A stretch of 56,783 nt of DNA from an uncultured Bacilli bacterium (GTDB taxonomy: Bacteria; Bacillota_I; Bacilli_A; RF39; UBA660): contig CANQMM010000002.1 in the NCBI GenBank assembly GCA_947624955.1, forward strand, positions 1 through 56,783, in the 5' to 3' direction. Of this stretch, positions 25,548 through 34,117 are shown piece by piece. Each line of letters starts with the position of its first letter. Positions within the stretch are counted from its first letter, which is position 1. Below the pieces are notes generated by a model. That model made no database searches, was not told the origin of the DNA, and was given only the letters and a program-made list of their open reading frames with translations. Both the position numbers and the translations under genes were made by a program.

Positions 25548-25554
25548 TTTTAAC

Positions 25555-26124
25555 TTATTGATGCGGTTTTAATTTAAAGTATAAAGTTACATCGTCTTTA
25601 TCGGATACACAAGAAGAATATTGTGCCAAACGCCAATTGGATAACTCACCTTCTAAAGCTTTAGCTTCTTTACTAGGTTTTAATGCACGAATAAATTCTT
25701 TAATTCCCTGTCTTAAACCTAGAATCCAAGATAAGAGAGCAAGATCAATTAAAACTGCTAAAAAATTTTTGGCAGGAAAGACAAAAGTAGTAAATATTAA
25801 ATAAATCATTGTCCAAACAACATTTGATTTTTGGCCTTTAAAAATGGTATCGTACATTTTTTTAAAGAAATCACGGGCTTTATTTACTTCCGCTTTTTCT
25901 TGAGTATTCAATTCAATTATTCTAACTACTTTAAGATAATTAGTAGTTGCGGTATTAGCATCGCTTAACTTAACATATTTATCGGTTATTTTAGAAGTTA
26001 TATCATCTAAGGTAATTTCACTTTTAAAATGAATTCCCAATTCACTAACAGGAGTAGCATTAGCAATCGTAGCTATTCGAAAAGCTGTGACGTTATTAGT
26101 TTCGAATATTTCCTCAGTTTCCAT
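25555..26124 (-). CDS. hypothetical membrane protein (2 TM)
   Basis: 189-aa ORF with AAGGAGG upstream and a central hydrophobic hairpin VVWTMIYLIFTTFVF / FLAVLIDLALLSWILGL. No family recognised. Confidence 0.5.
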   Translation of the reverse strand: METEEIFETNNVTAFRIATIANATPVSELGIHFKSEITLDDITSKITDKYVKLSDANTATTNYLKVVRIIELNTQEKAEVNKARDFFKKMYDTIFKGQKSNVVWTMIYLIFTTFVFPAKNFLAVLIDLALLSWILGLRQGIKEFIRALKPSKEAKALEGELSNWRLAQYSSCVSDKDDVTLYFKLKPHQ

Positions 26125-26201
26125 AGAGTGCCTCCTTAAATATTTATGACAAATTATAACAAATTAGGGGATACTTAGCAAGAGTTTATACTCAATAATC
26201 T

Positions 26202-26750
26202 TTAATCATCTTCGATATCAGGTATTTTTTTATCGTCAATAATTTTAGATTTCTTGAGAACCGAAATGATTTTATTTTGATTTTCCACTAGTTTTTCCAA
26301 ACGGTCATAGAGTTGCTCTAAGATTAATTCACTTTTTAAATCAGTGTGATAATCGTTTTGGTTACGAATAGTATCTTTTTTTGCTTGCCGGTTTTGACTC
26401 ATCATAATAATGGGAGCTTGTAGAGCAGCAATACAAGATAAAAGTAAATTTAATAAAATAAAGGGGAAAGGATCGATAGCTTTATTTACTAAGATCATAC
26501 CGTTGATAATAATCCAAAAAAGGAGAAAACAACTAAAACAAATAATAAAAGTCCAACTACCAAATATTGCCGATAGTTTATCGGCAGCTTTATCGCCAAA
26601 GGTCATTTTAGCATCACTTTCTTTATCGACATCGATAGAGATAGGATTATTCAGTAACAAATCGATTATTTCTTCTTCATCTTTTTCTTCTAGATTTTGA
26701 TTTAACAACATTTTTACTATTTCTTTTTTATTTTTTTCCATATTTTTCAC
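26202..26750 (-). CDS. DUF1003-family membrane protein
   Basis: Motifs FGDKAADKLSAIFGSWTFI and LQAPIIMMSQNRQ, with a C-terminal coiled-coil segment. Confidence 0.65.
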   Translation of the reverse strand: MKNMEKNKKEIVKMLLNQNLEEKDEEEIIDLLLNNPISIDVDKESDAKMTFGDKAADKLSAIFGSWTFIICFSCFLLFWIIINGMILVNKAIDPFPFILLNLLLSCIAALQAPIIMMSQNRQAKKDTIRNQNDYHTDLKSELILEQLYDRLEKLVENQNKIISVLKKSKIIDDKKIPDIEDD

Positions 26751-26819
26751 TTAGCCTTTCCTATATATTATAACACTCACGCATAAAAAAAGTAGAATAG
26801 TTTAATTCTACTTAATTAC

Positions 26820-27263
26820 TTAGTAATTACGACTCTGAAAAGATTTAATAATGGTACCGGTTAGAGCATCGATATAGTATTCATATTCCATACTTTGGTA
26901 ATCAAAATCGACCTCGTAAACGGTTTTACCATATTTATAATCTAGCTCAATATCAATGTCGTAGACATTATTTTTACTCATAGATGCATCATTGAGGGCA
27001 ATATCTAAAGCTTGGTCTTTAGTTATATAATTTTGATTATCCGGTGTTGAATTAAAGTAATCATCTTCATCGATGTCTTTACTAGGGACAAAATTATTGA
27101 CCCGGTCACGGGATAAGTCGTGGATATCTTCTCTTTCTTCGTGAAATTCGATGATGAAAAAAATCCCAAACCCAATTAATAAAACGATTACGATTACGAG
27201 TAAAATAATTATATTTTTTAAATTTTTATTTTCTTTTTCCACAGATAACCCTTCTTTCTCCAA
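26820..27263 (-). CDS. membrane-anchored PepSY-domain protein
   Basis: N-terminal TM. C-terminal ITKDQALDIALNDA ... YEVDFDYQSMEYEYYIDALTGTII is PepSY-like. Confidence 0.6.
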   Translation of the reverse strand: MEKEGLSVEKENKNLKNIIILLVIVIVLLIGFGIFFIIEFHEEREDIHDLSRDRVNNFVPSKDIDEDDYFNSTPDNQNYITKDQALDIALNDASMSKNNVYDIDIELDYKYGKTVYEVDFDYQSMEYEYYIDALTGTIIKSFQSRNY

Positions 27264-27281
27264 GTAGATTATAACACAGAT

Positions 27282-29255
27282 TTACTTTTTAAGCATTTTT
27301 ATGTATTCACAAATTAGGTTAGCTGTGGCTTGTTTACCGATGCGAGAATCGATACATAAATCATAGTTATCGACTTTTCCCCAAGTTTGACCGGAAATGG
27401 TTTGATAGTAACTAGCACGATTTTTATCTGATTTATTAATATTTTTTAAAGCTTTAGTAGGGGTATCGTGATACATTTCGACGATGTTTTTTACGCGGTA
27501 ATCTTGGGGAGCATAAATGAATATTTTAAGGACATCAGGGTTATCACGCAAAACATAGTCGGCTGCTCGCCCTACTATAACACACGAACCTTCTTGAGCA
27601 ATCTTTTTGATGATCTTTTCTTGGGCAGCGATAGCATATTTTACCGGCGATGTTGTTAGATATAGGTCATGTAAGTGGTCTTGACTACGATTAATATCCG
27701 AGATAAATTCTTGAGCTAAGCCACTTTCTTCAGCGGCTAAAGCAGTAACTTCTTTATAGTAGTAAGGGATATTTAACTTTTGAGCAACCAACTCGCCGAT
27801 GGCTTTCCCTTGGCTTCCGTGCATTCTAGCAATTGTAATGATAACTCCTTTTTTAGACGGTTTAAGATATGAGGATGATGTTTCTTCTTCGGAAGGAGTA
27901 AGATTTTTAAAAAAGTTACTGATTAATATAATCGTTACAATCATTCCGAGTACATCAGCTATCGGGGCAGCTATTAAAGCACCTTGAATGCCATAGTATT
28001 TGGGTAAAATGATTACTAAAGGTACAAAGAAGATAATGTCTCTTGCAAGAGAGACAGCAGCAGCTTTAAAAGGTTCACCTACAGCTTGAAAGAAAATAGA
28101 AGTTAATTTAATTAAGCAAGTAAGCGTTACTAACATTAGAAATAAACGGAAAGTTAAAACGGCAAATTCCATATATAATTCTTCGTTAGTACCAAATATT
28201 TTAATGATAACACTTGGACAAAGTTCAAAGATGATAGTTGATACAATACCAACAATAAGGGAGATACTAACTACTTTTTTGAAGGTTTCTTTAACGCGCT
28301 TTATATTTTTGGCGCCATAGTTATAACCGAGAATTGGTTGCGCTCCTAAAATAATACCGACAATAATATTGATAACGATTGAGAATACTTTCATTGTAAT
28401 ACCGATTACAGCGATAGGAATATCAGAACCATATTTACTCTGGGCTCCATACTTAGCTAACATAATATTACAAACTAGCGAAATTATTACAATACTCATT
28501 TGGGTAATAAAGGTAGAGATGCCTAATTTGATAACATTTTGAAAATTTTGGAAATCGATTTTAAAACTTTCTTTACATAATTTAAAAGTTTTAGTTTTAG
28601 TGTAATAAATTAGGGATAAGATGAGAGTGGCAATTTGACCGATAATGGTTGCATAAGCTGCGCCCTTTATTCCTAAATGGAAAGTAAAAATAAATATGGG
28701 GTCTAAGATGATATTGATAATGGCACCTACGGCCGTAGTTGCCATAGAAAATCCGGGAGAACCATCGGCTCTAATAACGGCGTTCATACTATTACCTAAC
28801 ATATAAACGGGAATAGCAGCGAGGATGATAGTGTAATAATCGCGAGCGAGTCCGATACTTTGGCTACTAGCACCAAATAGATATAATAATTGGTCTTTAA
28901 AAATAAATCCTAAGATTAAGAAAATAATGCTAATAATAAAAGTAATTAAGATACTATTACCAATGGATTTATGGGCATTTTCCGTATCTTGTCTACCTTG
29001 ACACAAAGATAAATAGGCGGCCGCTCCATCACCAAAAGCCCAAGCAAAAGCAACAGCGATGATAGTAATGGGATACACTACTCCGGTAGCGGCATTACCT
29101 AAATAACCTAATTCGCTATTACCAATAAATATTTGGTCCACTATATTATATAGGGAACTTATGAGTAATGATAAAATACACGGTATAGAAAATTTGAATA
29201 GTAGTTTGGATATTTTTTCGGTTCCTAAAAATTGATTGTTTTCTTGATTTTTCAT
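27282..29255 (-). CDS. MATE-family efflux transporter fused to a cytidylate-kinase-like domain
   Basis: About 450 aa with 12 TM and a MATE pattern (LISSLYNIVDQIFIG). The C-terminal ~185 aa are ITIARMHGSQGKAIGELVAQKLNIPYYYKE ... CVIVGRAADYVL (cytidylate_kin2-like). Confidence 0.75.
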   Translation of the reverse strand: MKNQENNQFLGTEKISKLLFKFSIPCILSLLISSLYNIVDQIFIGNSELGYLGNAATGVVYPITIIAVAFAWAFGDGAAAYLSLCQGRQDTENAHKSIGNSILITFIISIIFLILGFIFKDQLLYLFGASSQSIGLARDYYTIILAAIPVYMLGNSMNAVIRADGSPGFSMATTAVGAIINIILDPIFIFTFHLGIKGAAYATIIGQIATLILSLIYYTKTKTFKLCKESFKIDFQNFQNVIKLGISTFITQMSIVIISLVCNIMLAKYGAQSKYGSDIPIAVIGITMKVFSIVINIIVGIILGAQPILGYNYGAKNIKRVKETFKKVVSISLIVGIVSTIIFELCPSVIIKIFGTNEELYMEFAVLTFRLFLMLVTLTCLIKLTSIFFQAVGEPFKAAAVSLARDIIFFVPLVIILPKYYGIQGALIAAPIADVLGMIVTIILISNFFKNLTPSEEETSSSYLKPSKKGVIITIARMHGSQGKAIGELVAQKLNIPYYYKEVTALAAEESGLAQEFISDINRSQDHLHDLYLTTSPVKYAIAAQEKIIKKIAQEGSCVIVGRAADYVLRDNPDVLKIFIYAPQDYRVKNIVEMYHDTPTKALKNINKSDKNRASYYQTISGQTWGKVDNYDLCIDSRIGKQATANLICEYIKMLKK

Positions 29256-29297
29256 TATAATTTCCTCCTTTTAATTTTTGCTGATCAGTATTTTGGG

Positions 29298-29335
29298 CAA
29301 AAAAAGATGCGTAAAACAGTCTTGTTTTTACGCAT
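29298..29335 (-). terminator. intrinsic terminator between the AAA-ATPase gene and the MATE fusion gene (possible attenuator)
   Basis: Minus strand: ATGCGTAAAA-9 nt-TTTTACGCAT followed by CTTTTTTTG. It lies only ~42 nt upstream of the MATE start. Confidence 0.6.
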
Positions 29336-29404
29336 TTCAGCTGGATCAGACTTCTTAAGTTTACAACTTTTTAATTTTTTTTGCAAATGTTTTTGCAAAA
29401 TTTT

Positions 29405-30136
29405 TTATTCATCAAATAGTTTATGTTGCATTCCTTCCGGGTCTTTTAAATACATTTGGTAAATAGAATATATTTCCGTATCTTGGTAGTTAATTTCTTG
29501 AAAATTATTATTTAAATCTAATATCTTGCCATCACGATAACTTATTAAAATTGGTGAATGCGTAGCAATAATAAATTGACTACCCTTTTTGACAAGTTCA
29601 TCTATCAAACACAGCAAACTTAATTGACGTCCCGGGGAGAGGGCCGCTTCCGGTTCATCTAAGATATATAAACCATTACCGGTAAATTTTTCTCTTACGA
29701 GTTGCAAAAACGATTCTCCGTGGGAGCATTTATGTAAGTTCCCACCATATACCTCGTATAAATCTAAGTAGTTGTCCTCAGCAAGACGTTCTACTTCCGT
29801 AGAAAAATTATAGAAACTTTCAGCCCGAAGAAAGAATTTGGTTTTAGGTAGCGAATAAGTACTTAGAGTTAAATAACGAAATAAGGCGGAGGTGGTATTG
29901 TTCGTTTGATAATTAAAGTTTTGAGTACCGCCTTCGGCCGGCAATTTTAAAGCGACAGCTAAAGCTTCAATAAAAGTCGACTTCCCTACTCCATTCTCCC
30001 CGATTAAGAAAGTGACGGGGGATGTCAGTTCGAGTTCTGTAAAATTTTGAATAACCGGAATATTAAAGGGATAGTGATCAAAACTGATAACGTCATCCCG
30101 ATTTAAAGTTATTTTGCGGACAAATAAATTATTCAT
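29405..30136 (-). CDS. AAA/ABC-like ATPase (stand-alone)
   Basis: Walker A GENGVGKST and Walker B LYILDEPEAALSP, plus ATHSP. ATG at 30136 has AAAGGAG 9 nt upstream. Confidence 0.7.
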   Translation of the reverse strand: MNNLFVRKITLNRDDVISFDHYPFNIPVIQNFTELELTSPVTFLIGENGVGKSTFIEALAVALKLPAEGGTQNFNYQTNNTTSALFRYLTLSTYSLPKTKFFLRAESFYNFSTEVERLAEDNYLDLYEVYGGNLHKCSHGESFLQLVREKFTGNGLYILDEPEAALSPGRQLSLLCLIDELVKKGSQFIIATHSPILISYRDGKILDLNNNFQEINYQDTEIYSIYQMYLKDPEGMQHKLFDE

Positions 30137-30172
30137 AGATAACAACTCCTTTGATGGGTACGAGATTAGATC

Positions 30173-30835
30173 TTACTCGGTAAATTTATGACTCATTAGA
30201 ACATACTGCATTAACTCTTCATCAGTAATAGTATCATCTAAAGTGATTGTAATCCAATGGGTTTTATTCATATGATAAGCCGGATAAAAGCCCGGAAGTT
30301 TAACTAGTTCCGTTATCTTATCGGGGTCGAGTTTAAGATTAATTATTTCGACAGCACCTTTACCTTGTTTAATTTTACTTTTATCGATGCGCATAACTAG
30401 ACCATACCATTTCTTAGTTTTGGGATTACGGAAGATGCCGGAATCGTCGGACTTTTCCCAAGGAAATTCCGGTAAATCGGCATACTTATCATAAATCATT
30501 TGACAAAGGCGATTAGCTTGATTACTGTAAAAATAGGTTGTCGTCGTACATTCTTTTTTAATCGATTGTAAAAGTTTAGTAAGTTCTTCGCGAATAGAAT
30601 TAACAAATTCGCCCTGAATATTTTCATTACGATAATTAGTGTATTCAGCATTAAAAGTTAAATCATAGATATGGGAGGTAATTTCATTATGACTAATTAT
30701 GATATCGATACGAAAGGTATCGCCTAAAATATTTTGCGAATAAAGATAATCATCTTTTATTTTCGTAAAACCATAAGGAATTAACTTGTTATATAAGATT
30801 GTACTTTTTTTAAAGATATCTTTTTCCATATTCAT
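30173..30835 (-). CDS. MmcQ/YjbR-family protein with N-terminal extension
   Basis: C-terminal KKWYGLVMRI ... INLKLDP ... PGFYPAYHMNKTHWITI. Confidence 0.65.
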   Translation of the reverse strand: MNMEKDIFKKSTILYNKLIPYGFTKIKDDYLYSQNILGDTFRIDIIISHNEITSHIYDLTFNAEYTNYRNENIQGEFVNSIREELTKLLQSIKKECTTTTYFYSNQANRLCQMIYDKYADLPEFPWEKSDDSGIFRNPKTKKWYGLVMRIDKSKIKQGKGAVEIINLKLDPDKITELVKLPGFYPAYHMNKTHWITITLDDTITDEELMQYVLMSHKFTE

Positions 30836-30849
30836 ACAGCACCTATTAG

Positions 30850-32226
30850 TTAATAACTATAATTTTGGAATAATTTATAAACGACATTATAAACTACGGT
30901 TCCTAATATTTTACTATCTTTAATCTCATTTAAATTTTGTAAAATACGCCGGTAATCCGCTTCGGAAAGTTGATGACCTTTGAGAGATTTCAACTCATTT
31001 ATTTGGCGGATGGTTAAACCAAAGTAATGGGCTTCGTTCTTAATGTCTTCCCTACTTAAAGAATTAAAGTCTTGAGCGGAAATAAACTCTTGATTAGAAT
31101 TGACATTCATCCCTTCTAGGATGATTGACATACCATAATTAATGAAGGTTGGTAGAAGTGTTTTAAAATCTTGATTATTAAAAAGACAAAGGAATAATTT
31201 TTCGTTAAAGGCATCATCAGAAATAGCACTTATTAAAGCACTTTTATCTTCAATTAAATTATTTTGATAGAGAAGATCATATAAATCAAAGACTGTGGTT
31301 ATATCAGCGATTAAAGTCTTTCTTTCCCATTTACTCACAATATCGAGAACTTCAACATATAATTTTTTACTTTTATTATTCGGTAAATTTAAGGTTTGAC
31401 CCATAAATGGTTGGTCATTTTTCCATCTAGTGGCCGCATTGGCAGCAAGTTCGCTAATAAAATCCGGTATTAAGTAAGTTTCACTAAGGGTGTCTTTAAC
31501 TAAAGTAGCATCGGCAATATTATCGATATTTTTAAGGGAAAAAGCAATGGTCAGTAAGCCCTTTAGTTCGGTGCTGGTGGCAATTTGGTCTTGGTCTTGA
31601 ACTTGGGTAATCGTATCAAATAGTTGTTCACTACCTAAATGATTATAGACTTTTAATATGGGGTTATCTACCACAGCATCTAAAGATGCCGGAATGGGAT
31701 AGTCAGCTTTAGTTAAAGAGGTATCAACAATAGCGGCAAGAGCAGCATAGGGATAGAGATACACTAAAGAGATTAGATAAAAGGATATTACTCCTAAGAT
31801 GATATTTAAGATTTTGATGTCTTTTGATGGCTGATATTCTTTAAAAGAGGTCTTGTGAATTTTCTTGAAGAGCCAACGTTTAATAAAATGATTAATGGGT
31901 GAAAGAAGGCTATAAATTAAGAGAAAACTACTTAAGCCGATTAATATAGTGGCAAGGAAGTTGGCTAAGTTATCAAGGGATGCACTCTTCGGCCATTCCT
32001 CTTGGGTAATCTTTAAGACATTTTTTAATAGACTACTTAGTTTAGTCGTAACATTAGCACTAAATAAATTAATGGCTAATCTAGTTAAGATAATACTCCC
32101 AATAAAAGTAATTAAGGTTGTAAGTGTATTATAGATATTTTGGGTAGTGGACGTCCGGTATGCCTTATATAAGTAGATACCCAAAATTAGTAAAAAGATA
32201 ATGAATATGGCAACAGTTATTAACAT
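30850..32226 (-). CDS. hypothetical membrane protein
   Basis: 458 aa with about 4 N-terminal TM helices followed by a soluble helical domain. The N-terminus is faintly CvpA-like. No firm family. Confidence 0.45.
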   Translation of the reverse strand: MLITVAIFIIFLLILGIYLYKAYRTSTTQNIYNTLTTLITFIGSIILTRLAINLFSANVTTKLSSLLKNVLKITQEEWPKSASLDNLANFLATILIGLSSFLLIYSLLSPINHFIKRWLFKKIHKTSFKEYQPSKDIKILNIILGVISFYLISLVYLYPYAALAAIVDTSLTKADYPIPASLDAVVDNPILKVYNHLGSEQLFDTITQVQDQDQIATSTELKGLLTIAFSLKNIDNIADATLVKDTLSETYLIPDFISELAANAATRWKNDQPFMGQTLNLPNNKSKKLYVEVLDIVSKWERKTLIADITTVFDLYDLLYQNNLIEDKSALISAISDDAFNEKLFLCLFNNQDFKTLLPTFINYGMSIILEGMNVNSNQEFISAQDFNSLSREDIKNEAHYFGLTIRQINELKSLKGHQLSEADYRRILQNLNEIKDSKILGTVVYNVVYKLFQNYSY

Positions 32227-32239
32227 AATAATTTCCTTT

Positions 32240-34054
32240 CTATCGATTACTAATTAAATTAATATATTCTTGAATAATATTACTAGTTTTACTTTTAGCA
32301 ATCGTCTCTTTAGCTAACGTGATATTATCCGTGATGATATTATCGACATTCAATTTGATCATTTTTTGCATATTTTCTTCAGTATTGACGGTCCAAACAT
32401 AGAGTTCTTTACCGGTATTATGCACTTTTTGGACTAAATTACGAGTAACGCTAGTCGCTTCGATACTAAAGCTATCAGCAGCATCTAGAGAGGTGATATC
32501 ACCATAAGCTAAACTCATAACATAAACGGTTTTAACGTTTTTTTCATAAGCTTTAATGTTTTCTAAGACCGCATATACTTGCGAGGTTACAACACATTTG
32601 TCAGTAAAGTCATACTGTTTGATGATATCGACCACCGATTTTTCAAAGTCGGTTTCTTTACCCGTAGGTTTTAACTCAATATTTAATTTGATATTATGGT
32701 CTTGAGCAAATTCGATGACTTCAGATAACAAGGGAATTCTTTCACCGGCGAAGTCTTTACTAAAGAAGCTACCGGCATCAAGAGTGGCAATTTCTTCGTA
32801 AGTGGTTTCCCAAGTATTTTTATTCACTCCGGTCGTCCGTTTTAAATTAGTGTCGTGAAGGACCACCAACTTACCGTCTTTCGTCTGTTGGACGTCAAGT
32901 TCAATATAATCAGCACCTAATTCTTGAGCACCAATAAAGGCCGCCATCGTATTTTCCGGGTAATAAGCGGAAGCTCCGCGGTGCGCAGTAACCTCCATCG
33001 TCCGTACATATTCAATATTAAAATTATATTTGCCGTGGAGAAGCGAATAAGTGAATATCGTTCCACAAACAATCGTGATAAAAGCAATGCCAACTTTGAA
33101 GATATTAAACAAACGATTTTGTTTTTTAATTTCCCGGTGATTAACCGGAATATGGATGATTGGTTCTTTTTTCTGCGTTTTATGAAAATAGTAAAGAAAA
33201 CTAATCGTCGCATAACTGATAGGTGGCTCTAAAAGTGTGTAAGCAATAAAAGAAAGAGCGATGAAAAGCCAAATGAGGGTAATGGTTAAATTACCTAATA
33301 TATTATTACCGAGGACTTTATTAAATAAGATAATAAGGGCAATGCCAATCAAGATGAATAATACATAAAGGATTGAGGTAGTTATTTGCACTAAGATAAT
33401 AGTTAAAAAATCAGAGATTTTATTTTTTTTACTCATCTGAATACTTTGCCCGCGAGCTTCTTTAAAGTTTTTATCTTCCAAGATAAAGTAATGCAGAGAA
33501 TAAATCCACCGGAATAAAAGAAAACATAAAAGAATGACAACTATGACATAAAGGCATATCAACACTTTATTACTAACGATATAATCCATAATGAATTCCG
33601 GAATTTGAATAGTAGAAATAAAACTAGAGGAGATACCAAAATGTAAGAAAGGAATTAAGAATAGGACTAAAAATGCTAGCAAGATATTTTGGGGTTTAAA
33701 GACTTTAGGGAGTTTTTTTAAAGCCGTAAGAAATGCTTCTTTAGCGGTTATTTTTTCTTTTTGATAAGAACAATCTAAGATGATGATTAACGAACTGATA
33801 TCAATTAATGAGTAAATGGTCATCAGGATAAGAAGAAGGATTATCATAAAGATACTAAAAGGATGGAAGAGAAACGAAAAGATGTTTTCGAATGTTAAAT
33901 AAGTATAACCGGTTAGGTGCATCGTCAAGTTAAATATTCCTAAAAATAAAGGAATAAAAATAATGACGGAAATAAGCTTGTAAACTAATTCAAAGTTAAT
34001 TAAAGCACGTTTATTATATGATAACATTTGTAAAGTTTTTTTAATTTTTGACAT
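32240..34054 (-). CDS. glycerophosphodiester phosphodiesterase with N-terminal multi-TM domain
   Basis: GDPD motifs HRGASAYYPENT and ELDVQQTKDGKLVVLHD, preceded by a polytopic region of ~330 aa. Confidence 0.85.
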   Translation of the reverse strand: MSKIKKTLQMLSYNKRALINFELVYKLISVIIFIPLFLGIFNLTMHLTGYTYLTFENIFSFLFHPFSIFMIILLLILMTIYSLIDISSLIIILDCSYQKEKITAKEAFLTALKKLPKVFKPQNILLAFLVLFLIPFLHFGISSSFISTIQIPEFIMDYIVSNKVLICLYVIVVILLCFLLFRWIYSLHYFILEDKNFKEARGQSIQMSKKNKISDFLTIILVQITTSILYVLFILIGIALIILFNKVLGNNILGNLTITLIWLFIALSFIAYTLLEPPISYATISFLYYFHKTQKKEPIIHIPVNHREIKKQNRLFNIFKVGIAFITIVCGTIFTYSLLHGKYNFNIEYVRTMEVTAHRGASAYYPENTMAAFIGAQELGADYIELDVQQTKDGKLVVLHDTNLKRTTGVNKNTWETTYEEIATLDAGSFFSKDFAGERIPLLSEVIEFAQDHNIKLNIELKPTGKETDFEKSVVDIIKQYDFTDKCVVTSQVYAVLENIKAYEKNVKTVYVMSLAYGDITSLDAADSFSIEATSVTRNLVQKVHNTGKELYVWTVNTEENMQKMIKLNVDNIITDNITLAKETIAKSKTSNIIQEYINLISNR

Positions 34055-34117
34055 ATAGAACTCCTATTTAATAATCTCAATATGATTATATAAATTATTT
34101 AATATTTTAGCAATAGA

